Virus record (IMG/VR): IMGVR_UViG_3300037420_000470
Coordinates: 1-64,000 of that record
Reading direction: 5' to 3' (one strand)
DNA from: a virus
Taxonomy: Duplodnaviria > Caudoviricetes
DNA length: 64,000 bases
The first letter of the stretch is position 1, and each line of letters begins with the position of its first letter. The translations under genes were made by a program, and so were the position numbers. This document shows positions 35,041 through 46,900 of the stretch, piece after piece. Below the pieces are notes generated by a model. The model saw only the letters and a list, made by a program, of their open reading frames with translations, was not told where the DNA came from and ran no database searches.

Positions 35041-35068
35041 AAAGAGAAAGCTAGGAGCAATCCTAGCT
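35041..35068 (-). terminator. Intrinsic terminator after the tail fibre genes
   Basis: AGCTAGGA-GCAA-TCCTAGCT stem with a T-rich tail on -. Confidence 0.65.
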
Positions 35069-35073
35069 TGTTA

Positions 35074-35589
35074 TTACAATTGCGAAGCTATTAGATTTAC
35101 TTGAGAGATGATGTTGTCATGCTCTTGTTGTGCTGAAGGAGTATCTACAGTAGCATCAATCAAGTACTTATCCATCCTCAAGGCTCCTAGTTGTTGCAAT
35201 GCTCCGCGCAACTGAGAAGCCTGGGCTAAGATAATGTCAGCAGCTTGTTGATAGGGGATGCCTTTGTTATCAGCGAACCTACTCACCCAAACAGTTGGAT
35301 CACCTGTATAGCCAGCATCTTTAAATGCTTGTGCTGCTACTTCTCTATTCGTATATTCCATTTGAAACCTTTGGAATTTTTCATAGATGGAAGCAATTTG
35401 AGCATCAACATCAGCTTTTAAATCAGCTTTAACATCTGCCAGAGGCAGTGTATCCACTGGATCAGGGGTGTTACCTTCAGCTACCCATGCAAGATAGGTT
35501 TGGTAGTCTGAATTAGCTTCATCCATTGGGATGAAAGCCCCATCATCTAAGCGTAATATACTTTCGTACTTCGTTAATTTGTACATCAT
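35074..35589 (-). CDS. Tail fibre assembly chaperone-like protein
   Basis: [26 protein letters not shown]; ATGA overlap with upstream fibre gene. Confidence 0.7.
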   Translation of the reverse strand: MMYKLTKYESILRLDDGAFIPMDEANSDYQTYLAWVAEGNTPDPVDTLPLADVKADLKADVDAQIASIYEKFQRFQMEYTNREVAAQAFKDAGYTGDPTVWVSRFADNKGIPYQQAADIILAQASQLRGALQQLGALRMDKYLIDATVDTPSAQQEHDNIISQVNLIASQL

Positions 35590-36422
35590 AGCTCCGCGTT
35601 CAATGTAAGACCCCAATCGGCAAAGTACCCACTACCAGTCGTGGTGATAGTAGCGGCGATACGTCCTTTGGTAGAAGTCGCATTAGCTACACTAATACCA
35701 CTCATATTGTTGTAACTACCACCAGCAAAAGTGCAAGTAGGTGTAGCTCGCATAGGAACAGGCCACGTGATCCCATAAGCTAAAGCCCCACCCGTGTTGT
35801 TATAACCATATAGATCACACTCAACGATCTGGTAATACCGTTGACACATGGTAAATTCAACACCATAAAGTCGCCGTTCAAATGGGGTAGCCACTGTGCC
35901 GGTTTCAAATTGCACCTTGCCCACTGTCCCAGTGTTGAACTCAATAGTTTGATTAGAACCGCCTGTCAACCCTGTAGCCAATACACCTGTAGCACCATAG
36001 GAGCCGCTATTCACCCTTCCTTGTGCTGTGCCTGTCCAACTCAACACATAGCTACCTCCTTCGATATTCACCCCTTCAATCACCTGTTGAAGCGATCCTG
36101 CAGTGATAGTGATGGTGGTGTCTGTACCCGATGTAGAGAATGTATAAGTGCAACCAGATGCACCAGCTTTCCAACGATCATGCCCATACGCACCAGCAGA
36201 GAGTGACACTGTTCCTGATACGGCTCTTTGGTTGATAGCGAAGTTGCCATTGATGATTTTGTTACGATGGCCTGCCAGTTGCCCACCATTCAACGATGTC
36301 GCTGTTACGTCGCTCATGGTAGTCAGCAGTTGCCAACCTGTTCCGTTGTACTGCCAAGTTCTGCCATTGAACGTATAAGTAGCATTGAGGGCAGGACTGG
36401 AAGGGAAGTTTATGTTTGCCAT
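35586..36422 (-). CDS. Tail fibre / receptor-binding protein 3
   Basis: [40 protein letters not shown] fibre motifs. Confidence 0.85.
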   Translation of the reverse strand: MANINFPSSPALNATYTFNGRTWQYNGTGWQLLTTMSDVTATSLNGGQLAGHRNKIINGNFAINQRAVSGTVSLSAGAYGHDRWKAGASGCTYTFSTSGTDTTITITAGSLQQVIEGVNIEGGSYVLSWTGTAQGRVNSGSYGATGVLATGLTGGSNQTIEFNTGTVGKVQFETGTVATPFERRLYGVEFTMCQRYYQIVECDLYGYNNTGGALAYGITWPVPMRATPTCTFAGGSYNNMSGISVANATSTKGRIAATITTTGSGYFADWGLTLNAEL

Positions 36423-36431
36423 TTGTTATCC

Positions 36432-37148
36432 TTATGCGCCCAAGTATTGCGCTTCCATGAAGTTGGCGAACTCTCGATTGGTAGCAATGGCATAGCCCGA
36501 ATTCAATGCGCCGCCAGAGTTTTGAAGCACGAATAGTTCGATATAGTCACCGGCCACCAGATCGGCAGTGGATGTCCCGTGAAAGTGACTATCCCCACCA
36601 TTGGTGGGGATCGTGGCCAACTGCACCACGGAACCAATAACGTTCGTGGTGCCGTTCTTCTTCAGGTGCCCGTACCGGACGCCTGTAGAGTTGTTGGCGA
36701 AGTCCACACCCCAACTAAAACGCCATTTGCCGGCCATACCCGATGGCACTGTGAACCGGCTTGGATTAACGCTGGTGTCGTGAATGTCGTTTGTATCCCA
36801 TTCCTCAGTATTAAACGTGAGTGCGGTAGGGGTATTATTCGGAATCGATTGCGTCCCATCGTTATAGGCGCGGCATCCGATATATTTTGTATTTGTACTC
36901 CCATTCCCTGCCACTTCCACCCATGCATAACTATCCCCATCACCTAGCCATGTGTACTCAATGCCGGATGTGATGTCGAACCATTGATCCCCTTCCGTGG
37001 GGTTCGATGGCGCGGTGCCAGAGCGAGTGTAGACATTGGAGCGTACTGTTTGTAAATCCCATGCAGTGCCGTTGAAGACCCATGTGCGGGTGCCGAAACT
37101 GTAGGGTTGCCCTGTAGAGGGACTTGAAGGAAAATTTATATTTGGCAT
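36432..37148 (-). CDS. Tail fibre / receptor-binding protein 2 with C1q-like C-terminus
   Basis: NINFPSSP start, SGTAPSNPTEGDQWFD module, beta-sandwich ending AGDYIELFV. Confidence 0.75.
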   Translation of the reverse strand: MPNINFPSSPSTGQPYSFGTRTWVFNGTAWDLQTVRSNVYTRSGTAPSNPTEGDQWFDITSGIEYTWLGDGDSYAWVEVAGNGSTNTKYIGCRAYNDGTQSIPNNTPTALTFNTEEWDTNDIHDTSVNPSRFTVPSGMAGKWRFSWGVDFANNSTGVRYGHLKKNGTTNVIGSVVQLATIPTNGGDSHFHGTSTADLVAGDYIELFVLQNSGGALNSGYAIATNREFANFMEAQYLGA

Positions 37149-37150
37149 TG

Positions 37151-39109
37151 TTATACTCCTACCCTATAGCCACTGAAATAATTACCAGAAAGGCTTGCAT
37201 AGAGCGTATTTGCTGTGCTGGTGTAGTAATACGGCTTTACGGTATCCCCGGCATTAAGTCGGACGACTGGAAATGTAGTTATAGCCTGCATTGATACTGC
37301 GGTACTCAGATTAGGAGGCCAAGGAATATCCCTAAATTTTTCAACACCATTCACATAAAGGAGATTGATCCTAAGTGCCGATGTTGCATTCGTTTCCACG
37401 ACACCCATCGTAAACACATAATCGCCCGCATTCTTGGCAGTGAACGTACCATCCGATCCGGTTTCGGATAGCATGTCGTGCGCAATCGTATCCATCACGA
37501 CTTGCGTATATGTTGCCGCTGAAATAGATTGCGATGTTGAGCGCCCTACTCTAAAGCTGGTCTTGACTCCACCATTTGATTGCCACTTTCCCCGGTACAG
37601 GCGCATGATGGTGCCGACACCGATGCCATTAGTAGCACTAGCAGTGAGTGTCAATGAGGTAATATTGGATATCGTAAAGGTACTACCACCACCTTGCTTT
37701 TGAATGTAAGGGGTAGTGGTGTTTATGCCCTCAGTGAATTCAGAAGAGAATCCGAAATATCCGCTAGGCAGTTTTGAGCAATACAACTTGCCAAGCATAT
37801 CTCTATTAGCTCCGTGATATAGAGCATTGTTATTGTTTGCTCTCCCTGAAGTGATAGTGGTACCACTGCTGGAGTTATATTCAGTCCAGTAATTTGTGGT
37901 TGTGGTATTACCGTTTATGCCAATTTGAATATCTGCCGCAACCGCTCCAGTAAGTTCAATTTCCAGTTCGTACCAACCATCAACACTGCTATCCAACCCG
38001 CCGAACGTATAGCTGGTCGCTGCTGAAGTGATCACCACTTCCTGCACTAAGTTACCCTGCCCTGCTTGCGAACCATTGATGACATTGCCGGTTTCAACCC
38101 ATTGAGATGAATCTCCATCGGAGAAGTATGTGTACTGTCTCCCTGTAGTCGTATCTAACCAACGATCACCAGCAGTAGGAGAGGATGGAGCCGTACCGGA
38201 AGCTGTGAATGTCCCACTACCTCCACCTGTAGCTGCTGCCCAAGCAGGATTGCCACTAACAACTGTAAGCACTTGCCCATCAGTTCCTTTAGCAAGCCTT
38301 TGTGGAGTGCCTGAAGTACCTCCGATGATGATATCACCAGCGGCAGTCATCGGGTTGGTCATACCACCAGCATCAACTTGCCAAGAAGCGTCATAATCGC
38401 TGTTGCTGTTCTTCTTCAGCACTTGACCTGTTGTACCACCAGTAGGTACACCACCTTGATTTGCTGCTAGGTTGCCAGTGATGTTCGATGCGTTACCTTC
38501 AAGGTTGGCTACAATCGTTCCTGCTGTGCCTGTAAATACTTCTGATGTGTTAGTAGCATCAGGGATGAATGTAAGTTTCTGAGTGCTTCTATCAAAGCCA
38601 AAGAAACCTACTTTAGCAGTGCTGCCGTTATGCCAACGGAACTCAACACCACGATCTTTATTGTCGTCAACTGTAGGGGCAGTATCACCACCGAGCGTGA
38701 TGATCGGATCATCTACTGTGACTGTTGTAGAATTAACTGTAGTGGTTGTACCATTAATCGTTAAGTTTCCAGTGACAGTGAGGTTCCCACCAACAGTTGC
38801 ATTACCACTTGTAGATAACCCAACAGCGGATAAGATACCTGTGGATGGGTTGAATGTGAGTTTTGTGCTAGAAACTTTCTCTGCTTGATTGCCTGATGCA
38901 CCACCAACCCAAGTAAGATACACTGATGCGTTGGTTGCTGTGTCATCAGTGATGGCTATATTATTTGCATTTGTTGCCGTACCAATAAAACCATCAGCAG
39001 TGACAGTTGTGCCTTCGAACGAGCCAGCAGCGATGAGTGCAAGAACATCATCCATCTCGTTCAATTGAATGACGTAATCTTTTTGTCCGGTATAAAACCT
39101 TGTTGACAT
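37151..39109 (-). CDS. Long tail fibre protein 1
   Basis: G/T-rich fibre; GNLTVTGNLTINGTTTTVNSTTVTVDDPII; C1q-like C-terminus. Confidence 0.85.
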   Translation of the reverse strand: MSTRFYTGQKDYVIQLNEMDDVLALIAAGSFEGTTVTADGFIGTATNANNIAITDDTATNASVYLTWVGGASGNQAEKVSSTKLTFNPSTGILSAVGLSTSGNATVGGNLTVTGNLTINGTTTTVNSTTVTVDDPIITLGGDTAPTVDDNKDRGVEFRWHNGSTAKVGFFGFDRSTQKLTFIPDATNTSEVFTGTAGTIVANLEGNASNITGNLAANQGGVPTGGTTGQVLKKNSNSDYDASWQVDAGGMTNPMTAAGDIIIGGTSGTPQRLAKGTDGQVLTVVSGNPAWAAATGGGSGTFTASGTAPSSPTAGDRWLDTTTGRQYTYFSDGDSSQWVETGNVINGSQAGQGNLVQEVVITSAATSYTFGGLDSSVDGWYELEIELTGAVAADIQIGINGNTTTTNYWTEYNSSSGTTITSGRANNNNALYHGANRDMLGKLYCSKLPSGYFGFSSEFTEGINTTTPYIQKQGGGSTFTISNITSLTLTASATNGIGVGTIMRLYRGKWQSNGGVKTSFRVGRSTSQSISAATYTQVVMDTIAHDMLSETGSDGTFTAKNAGDYVFTMGVVETNATSALRINLLYVNGVEKFRDIPWPPNLSTAVSMQAITTFPVVRLNAGDTVKPYYYTSTANTLYASLSGNYFSGYRVGV

Positions 39110-39936
39110 TATAGTTCCTCTATCTCAATCGTTGAACTGAATTGATTTATGAATTGGTATTTGATAGAGCCTTGCCTAGACATCTTTCCGTATATCTGGA
39201 ACACTTGCTCTTCTGTAGGGTCATCTGCTTCAGGAGTGAGGCTAACGTAAATAGGTCTAAATAAACCGTTCCCTCTTAGGATGTTGTACACCTTGTTCCT
39301 ATCCTGGGAAGTGAGGAAACTAACATCAAAACTTAATGTCTTAGCAATCGTTCCACGGTCTGTTCTCAAATCCCCTGCATCAGTGCGCTCTTGTTTACTG
39401 TTGTCAGTGATACCGACTTGCACACCGTACTCAGCGTTGTATGTCGGACTCCAATAACTCCCGCATATCACCCTAGATGCTTCGATATAACCGAGAGTGT
39501 TAGTATTATCAACGATATCAATTACTAGTTTTTCATAAGCATCTTGAGTAAACCAAAGTACACCATAAGTTCCACCACCATATGAATAAGCATTGACTCC
39601 TAATGGCTCACTACCCCAATTAAAGCTAGTTAAATCACTTCCTTCACAAGCATATCCAGTAACATCAATTAAAGGGGTTGTGTCAGCAGCATGGGCATAC
39701 CCTCTTACTCTGAATGTGGCAAGCGGCGATAAACTACAAAATGCTAGAGCTACCATACCAATGATTTCAGCAGTAGCCCATGTGATTGTTAATGTTGCTG
39801 TGGTTGATGTACTTCTCCACACTTCCGATTTGAAATCTGTGAGTAAGTTATTTACAACAAGACCACCAGCAGTTGAAGATGCAGACAATGTAGCTCTGTC
39901 AGCGGCATTGTCATATACTACTCTCAAGTTGTTCAT
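39109..39936 (-). CDS. Minor tail protein
   Basis: Position in tail cluster; GYIEASRV...YWSP pattern. Confidence 0.75.
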   Translation of the reverse strand: MNNLRVVYDNAADRATLSASSTAGGLVVNNLLTDFKSEVWRSTSTTATLTITWATAEIIGMVALAFCSLSPLATFRVRGYAHAADTTPLIDVTGYACEGSDLTSFNWGSEPLGVNAYSYGGGTYGVLWFTQDAYEKLVIDIVDNTNTLGYIEASRVICGSYWSPTYNAEYGVQVGITDNSKQERTDAGDLRTDRGTIAKTLSFDVSFLTSQDRNKVYNILRGNGLFRPIYVSLTPEADDPTEEQVFQIYGKMSRQGSIKYQFINQFSSTIEIEEL

Positions 39937-39938
39937 TT

Positions 39939-40541
39939 TTATTCCCAATCAATTGCATCAAGTGCTGCTATGCTAGTTTGTGCTGCGATTTGATTACGGT
40001 AAGTGCGTCCCTTTTGGAAGGTCGTATCAAGATGTACACCAAGGGCTTGCCCAACAGCTATCATCCCTTGTGCATCAAGCGTAACTACGCTATTGTCAGC
40101 AACAGTCCAATTAATACTGAATGGTTGATTAGCAAGTTGGGCAAGCAGTGCTAACTGTGCTGCTCCTGCGATTCTTTGCACTGAAACAGGGTCAGAGTCA
40201 TACAAGATGTTGTTATAAATAAATCCAGCATTTTCTTGCTTAGTCCTTGCACGTTTGATTCGTTCCCATGCTTGATCTTTAGCAGCATCTAAGTTACGAA
40301 CATCTACCCAATCACGAGTAGTCACTGACCAAACAAACCCTTGCTTTGGCTGTGCTTTACGTTGCAATTCTTCAGCAGTGTATTGAACAAATTCACCATC
40401 AGCAACGTAGCCAGTGTTAAAATCTCCAACAGCTTCAATGACAAACTCGCCCTCTTGTGCTTGCAACTGAAGATCACCATCTTGGCAAACACCGCACCGA
40501 ATGATTTCTCCAACGGTGTTGTGAACAATAAAATTCTTCAT
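39939..40541 (-). CDS. Tail fibre assembly-type protein (DUF4376-like C-terminus)
   Basis: YDSDPVS...WTVADNSVVTLDAQGMIAVG. Confidence 0.7.
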   Translation of the reverse strand: MKNFIVHNTVGEIIRCGVCQDGDLQLQAQEGEFVIEAVGDFNTGYVADGEFVQYTAEELQRKAQPKQGFVWSVTTRDWVDVRNLDAAKDQAWERIKRARTKQENAGFIYNNILYDSDPVSVQRIAGAAQLALLAQLANQPFSINWTVADNSVVTLDAQGMIAVGQALGVHLDTTFQKGRTYRNQIAAQTSIAALDAIDWE

Positions 40542-42454
40542 CGTTTCGCTTCCTGAATATAAATGCGAGTCTCTGAAGCAGAGATACCACCACTAAGTTC
40601 CGCAGTGTATGTTACTGACACACCCGCTGGCGGAGTGTCAATATAAAAATCCAAAATATGCGCCAAGCCAGAACCCGTTCCATCCACCGTGGATTGATCA
40701 ACCACTGAACCATTCTTCTTAATATTTAAGAAAGCAGTTGAACCACTCAGTGTTCCCTTCCCAATGGCAAATATAGCCAGTGTCCCGCCAGATGGTGTAA
40801 TAGTGAGAGAGGCTGTTCCACTAGCGGAACTTGCTACAGAGGGAACGGTTACAGCATTACCAGCAAGGTTGATCGTATTGACTGCATTAATAGCCCCTGC
40901 CGTGAGTGTTCCAGCGAACGTGCCAGAAGCCGCTGACAATGCACCACTGAATGTTGCATTGCCAGCCGATGTGACATTGAATTGTGGAGAAGCTATCGCG
41001 CCGCTGCTTTCAATCTGTAGGAAGCCGATGGACCCATTTGCTGCCCATTGGTTATAGTTGCCTAGCAAGAGTCCAGAACTGCTTAAATGGAATCCACCGC
41101 CAGCACCGTTTGCAGGCCATGCATAGGCAGATGTATAAGAACCGCCATACACAGCACCAGCAAAATTACCTGAAGCAGCAGATAACGTACCAGAGAATGT
41201 AGCTGTACCATTAACGATGCTAAATGCAGGAGCGTAGACATTCCCACTAGCCTCAACTTGGAAATACTTGCCACTGTTGGCATTGCCAATAAGCAAGCCT
41301 GCTGCACTTAAATGGAAACCACCATTAACACTTCCTGTAGGCCATGCGTATGCACCTGTAGGATAACCAGCGCCACCATGTAAAGTAACACTGTAAATAT
41401 CACCAGATGTAATGTTACCAATGTTTGCGCTAATCGCTGACAAACTGGTTACACTAATCTTCGATGCACCAACCGTTCCACTGACAAGCAAATTACCATC
41501 AACTACCGCATTAACTACAACCCATTCGTCACCATTCCAGAATTTAGTTTGAGAGAAGTTTTGTGAGTTATTGTATTGTGTGACTGTGTCATTTAATACA
41601 GGACCACCATTAATACTAGCTGTAGTGGTTGCTAACGTGTCAGAATAAGTATTTGTTGTTCCAGTAAGGGCAACATAGAATGTCATGGAACCCCGCGCAC
41701 CAGCTAAACCTGAAAGGGTTTTCACCAGTGTTAGTGTCTTATCTAGCGTTGTTGCACCAAAGGTTGCCCTTATGGTGAGCGTTACAGTAGTCTCGCCAGT
41801 ATCAAACCCTTTAGTGACAGAGTACGCTCCAGTAGTGGAGTTTAATGTATAAACCAATCCATCAGGATTGCCACCAACAGGGATAGAGAATGTGCATGTA
41901 TTCGTAATATCATACGAACCTTGATACACTTTAAACGTCCCTGATGCGCCGCTATAATTAATTACATTCCCTAAATTGTCGCAGGGTAGATGATGGTACT
42001 CGTTAGTCAGAAAACCTTTAACAGTGGTAGTTGCACTCTCCCTTGCTTTGATAATACTGACTTCATCAGAGTAGGTAGTGCCATCTTGCGTAACAGATAC
42101 TTTAATCGTGGCATCATCAGTTGTCATATCCCCGTTAGCGATAGTGATTACACCATCTACTATCGTAGGGGCAGGAGAGATTGTGCCACTAGTTACAGTA
42201 ACCGTAGGAGTTGCTGTGAGGCTCTTAAGAGTTACAGCAATTACAATTGATGTAGGGTAAACAGAACCAGAGTTAGGAACTACGAATACTTGAGAACTAG
42301 CACTGAGCGATACTGATCTTAACCCTTGAACAATTAAACCAAGACCTTCAACTTGATCCTGGCTCACAACAATATTAGACGATGCTGTAACAGTTGCTAC
42401 TCGTGGTGAAGTAGCCTGCAACAGTATGTCACGAGCATTAACTATTGTAGCCAT
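40538..42454 (-). CDS. Tail tip / host-specificity-like protein with internal duplication
   Basis: ITSLSAISANIG-type motif; two YAWP...GGFHLS...ATFSGxLSAASG repeats. Confidence 0.75.
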   Translation of the reverse strand: MATIVNARDILLQATSPRVATVTASSNIVVSQDQVEGLGLIVQGLRSVSLSASSQVFVVPNSGSVYPTSIVIAVTLKSLTATPTVTVTSGTISPAPTIVDGVITIANGDMTTDDATIKVSVTQDGTTYSDEVSIIKARESATTTVKGFLTNEYHHLPCDNLGNVINYSGASGTFKVYQGSYDITNTCTFSIPVGGNPDGLVYTLNSTTGAYSVTKGFDTGETTVTLTIRATFGATTLDKTLTLVKTLSGLAGARGSMTFYVALTGTTNTYSDTLATTTASINGGPVLNDTVTQYNNSQNFSQTKFWNGDEWVVVNAVVDGNLLVSGTVGASKISVTSLSAISANIGNITSGDIYSVTLHGGAGYPTGAYAWPTGSVNGGFHLSAAGLLIGNANSGKYFQVEASGNVYAPAFSIVNGTATFSGTLSAASGNFAGAVYGGSYTSAYAWPANGAGGGFHLSSSGLLLGNYNQWAANGSIGFLQIESSGAIASPQFNVTSAGNATFSGALSAASGTFAGTLTAGAINAVNTINLAGNAVTVPSVASSASGTASLTITPSGGTLAIFAIGKGTLSGSTAFLNIKKNGSVVDQSTVDGTGSGLAHILDFYIDTPPAGVSVTYTAELSGGISASETRIYIQEAKR

Positions 42455-43923
42455 TACACCAATACCTCAACTGTGATGTGCGGATTCAACCAATCTGTTG
42501 CTAACGAAATGATTTGCCCTGTCACTCCATCAGATAAACCAAACCTACTGTGCTTTATTGTTTGACTAGCACCTAGTTGTTCAAGCATCAAATGTGGCAT
42601 GCCCGTATATTTATAGGCTTTGCGCTGCACCTTATACATATCCAACCTACGAAGTGTTTCATCTGTAGCATCCGAAGCTGTTAGCAACAAGGTTTCTTGC
42701 ATAGCAGGTTCTACAAATGTTTTGTAGTCGCTTTGTGTCAATGTGTCAGAGCGAGTGACTGTCAACCACTCTTGAGCAAACAGATCAATATGATCTGCAG
42801 GGATACCTGTTTGTAGGTTGGTTTGTACAGTCCAATTCTTGCAGTAACCAATTTGAACACCAGCTACAACAGCGGGAAGCTGAGATACAGCTAGTGTTTG
42901 AGCAACCATGTCCTTTGCTTCAACAATGGTTCCACTCTCGCTACGTGGTAAGGTTAGCTTAATCAGAGTTAGCTTACCGCTACGATTAATCAACACCCTT
43001 CCACCAACGCTAGTTGCTAATTGATTGCAACATTCAACAACGTTTGCCCTATCCTTTAAATACAACCCTACAGGCTGTGTGTTAGAAGCTGCAAAATCAT
43101 CGAATGCAGCCGTTTCTAACTCGTCTAGGGTGAAACGCTTATCTACATCTCCAAAACCCGTTACAAGCCGTTTTATGAGGTTTGCAACGTCATTTACATA
43201 TGTATCCGGTTTATCACCTTGCACACTTGCTGTAATCTGTCCTGCTGGTTGTGCAGCAAGCCTAAACTTGCCAAGGGTGAGCAATGGAGTGAAATCAACC
43301 GGAACACCGTTGTCTCTTACTTCAATAATCCCTTCAATTGGTCCATCATGAACTTGATACTCATTAACAGATGGATCAACTAGTAAGGGTTCAACATTGT
43401 GGCACTCTCCAAAGCAAAGCGGGATTAGCCTATCTTTATTTGTTGTTGAGCCACCTAGTTTATTCTCAGTGGCAGGAGTATTTAATCGTTGCATCTTATC
43501 TGCAACTTTTAGATTCAACCTGCCCCTAGATTTTGTATCAATACTGACAACTAAGCCATCGAAAATCTGACGGAAGTCAGCCCTAACCCAACGTACATCT
43601 CCAATGAACACTTTGATAGCACGATTATTCCAGATATCATCTAACCATGAATCTCTGTCTCCTGATAGATTATCAATCTCAATATCACCGAAGGATAAAC
43701 TTGCATTACCCTCTAAACTGAGAGTTTCTGTAAATTTAATTCCTCCAACGATATAGGGAGCGTAAAGTGTATTAGCAGGAGTGTCACTAGGGCTAGTGAC
43801 GTATCCTTTGTTAGACAAAAGGCGTGTCGTTTCCACGCCTCCTGTTTTAACATCTACTTCTATCAGAACACAACGAATAGCTGTAGTATCTTTCAACCAT
43901 GCTATAAATTGTTCATCAGTCAT
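42454..43923 (-). CDS. Tail hub/baseplate-like protein
   Basis: 489 aa directly after the tape measure; IPLCFGECHNVEP. Confidence 0.75.
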   Translation of the reverse strand: MTDEQFIAWLKDTTAIRCVLIEVDVKTGGVETTRLLSNKGYVTSPSDTPANTLYAPYIVGGIKFTETLSLEGNASLSFGDIEIDNLSGDRDSWLDDIWNNRAIKVFIGDVRWVRADFRQIFDGLVVSIDTKSRGRLNLKVADKMQRLNTPATENKLGGSTTNKDRLIPLCFGECHNVEPLLVDPSVNEYQVHDGPIEGIIEVRDNGVPVDFTPLLTLGKFRLAAQPAGQITASVQGDKPDTYVNDVANLIKRLVTGFGDVDKRFTLDELETAAFDDFAASNTQPVGLYLKDRANVVECCNQLATSVGGRVLINRSGKLTLIKLTLPRSESGTIVEAKDMVAQTLAVSQLPAVVAGVQIGYCKNWTVQTNLQTGIPADHIDLFAQEWLTVTRSDTLTQSDYKTFVEPAMQETLLLTASDATDETLRRLDMYKVQRKAYKYTGMPHLMLEQLGASQTIKHSRFGLSDGVTGQIISLATDWLNPHITVEVLV

Positions 43924-43926
43924 ACG

Positions 43927-46900
43927 TTAATTAAGTCCTATCTTCGTTCTTTCCAAATAAGCAGCATCAACAGCAGCCTCTTTAGTACCTTCAACGATAG
44001 TGTTAGCATTACGCTCACTTGCGTCATAATTGCTTGCGATGAGGCTAGACGTTTGCTGTGCTTGATCTGCACGTAGTTGCTTCACTTCTTCACGCAGAGA
44101 TTTAATCTCGCTAACCAAAGCCACCGTGTTAGCAGTACCATAGTTGGAGTAGTTCATCTGATACTCTTTGTTCTCTTGTGCTGTCAATACAGCTTCACCC
44201 TTATGGAGTTCAGCAATATAGCCATCAAAAGGAACGTAAGACAAACCACCAGCATGAGAGCCATCAACACTAGCTGTTGTAGGCATGCCATTCATCACAG
44301 CTTGTAGATCAAGGATTGCTTGAGCCACCGTCTTAACGCTATCGTCAATGTCAATCAACTTACCAACTTGTTGCTTCAGAAGATCAAGTTGTTGAGTTGC
44401 ATTATCTGCTTGGCTTTGAGCATTTTGCTGTACAGCAGCAGTTTCGTTCAATACCCGTTCAAAATCCTGCATGTATGTAGCACCAGAAGCGTACACATCA
44501 CGCGAGTATTTCAACAAGTCATTAGCTGCGGCCTGGAACTGACTAATTGCATCAGCATCACCAGCTTGTGCTCTCAAAGAGATATCATTGTACTTGGCTA
44601 ATGCCGTAGCGTACTTCTCAGATGTAGACAACGGAGACATGTCGCCCATGATTAGAGAGTTCTTGAACTCTTTCAAAGAATCACTGAAGCCTTGCATCTT
44701 CTCTTGCAGGTTTTGCAAAGAGTCAGCTTCTTTGCCATATGCATCTCTCAAAGCACTTCTAGCATCGTCAATGCTATCTTCCATCCCTTGAGTTGCATCA
44801 GCAAATGCACCAGACAGCACCATTACCCTGCCAGCTAGCTCTTGACTCTGATCATTGCCAAGCATTAATTGAGCAACTAAAGATTTGAAACCATCCCTAG
44901 TTGTTGGCATTGCTACACCGAGAGCATTGAACTGTTGACGTAGTTTATACATCGCAATCGCTTGCTTCTCTGCATCACTGTAGAACTGACCCATGAACTC
45001 ATTCAAGTTAGATTGCAATTCATCCAACCCGCCAGAGCCGCGAATCATGCTGCGTGTAACATCACCACCTAAACCCATACCTTGCAAACTACTACGAACA
45101 TCGATCAGTTTCTTGTAAGCATCGATCAAGTCTTGTGCGCTACCATTCATTTCATTGATAAAGTTAGCAACTTGAGAACCAGCTTCTTTCAATACTAAAC
45201 TTTGACGGATAATTTCAGTGGCAATATCACCATGTTTGTTGACGATATCATTGTAGTTGATCATCGTCACGCCAAGGTTATCAAGAGAATTCTTGGCAAC
45301 TTCAACACCATTAGCTAAACGAACTAATGTCTCAAAACCACCTTCACCTATCTTTTGGAATTGAGCGAAGCCTGGAGAAATAGCTTCTGCCATTTGATCC
45401 CCTAACTTACCAAATGCTGCTTGCAGTTCTTTTTCTAGGTCATCACCAGACAAACCTTTCAAGCTGATTGTACCGATGTCAACACCGAAGTTTTCTAGTT
45501 TAGATTTCAGTTCTGCAGAACCTAATCCAAGAGCATCGGCAGCAGCCATAGCACCATCTGCAATATTTGTAACTGTAAGGGCTATCTGACGCTTCAATCC
45601 ATCATTCAATTCAGACAGAATACGTTCATCAGAAGAACTCTTGGACAATCCCCAAAAGCTGCTCTTCTCTTTGTGAATGTCTTGATATCCATGCACACCA
45701 ACACCCATGTCACGAATAGACGCGATAGTTTGCCCATTATCAAACACCAAACCTGAATCACGAAGTTCTGTAGAAGACGAACTAAACCCAAGGAAACTCT
45801 TTGAGCTACCAACACCAGCAGCCAACTCATCAGCTTTAGTGCCACGCAAACCTGATGTTTGAGCTACATAAGCAGCCATTCCAGTGATACCATCGTTAAT
45901 ACTACGCAACACCATCAACATTCTGCTAGAATATTCTAGACCCATGTTGTAGCTATCTTTCAAGCCATCTAAAGCTTTAGACAAAGATTCTGACTTAGAA
46001 GATTCATTTCCAAGAACAGTGCCAGTGCCTTGTACCTTTTGACGCTCTTCGTGAATAGGAACAGACGTACCACTACCACCACCAGAATGAACACCCATAG
46101 ATGCCATGAAAGCTATGATTGCAGCAGCACCAACGAAGCCCCAAACACCTAATTGCTCAAAAGCCTTAGCTACACCAGCCATCACAGAAGCACCTGCTTT
46201 TGTCATGGAGTTGCCAACTTGTACACCTGTAGTTGTAGTGTCAATGGTAGCATTCTTAACGGACGCAGCACCCTCTAAGTTTTTAGCTTGTGCAGCAACC
46301 GTAGATGCATTCACTTTCGCTTGCATCTCTTGGTAAGTCAGTACAATCTGAGCTAAACGCAAACCAGTTTCAAAAGCATCAAACACCTTATAAGCAACCG
46401 TCTTCTCTTTGAAGAAACCTTTAGCAGCAGATGCCATGTCAGCATACATATCTACTTCATTCTTCAACGTCGCAGCACTTAATGCAGCTTCACGAGCAGT
46501 ACGCTCTTTGGAGTCCATCTTGGTTGCTTTTTCCATCTCCTTACGTGCCTTGTCGATGGATTTCTGCTTTCTACCAAACTGATCCATGCTCTTAGCAGCT
46601 TTATCAATTGCTTGACCAATACCACCAAAAGCCTTCGACATACCATCACCAAACTCAACCAGTTTACCAGGGTCAAGAGCTTTATCAAAAGCATCACGAG
46701 CCTTATCAGTTTGCTCTAGACCACCAAGGTTTTTCTTGGCTTCGACATACCGCTTGTACTGAACAATCAACTCATCCAACTTCTTAACTTGTTCGCTCAT
46801 GAAGTCTAGTTGAGCAAGCCCATCCCGTTGTTCGATTAGTTGTTGCAACTGAAGTTCTTCTGCAGCACCTTTCAACTGACCATAAGCAGCAACCTTTGCT

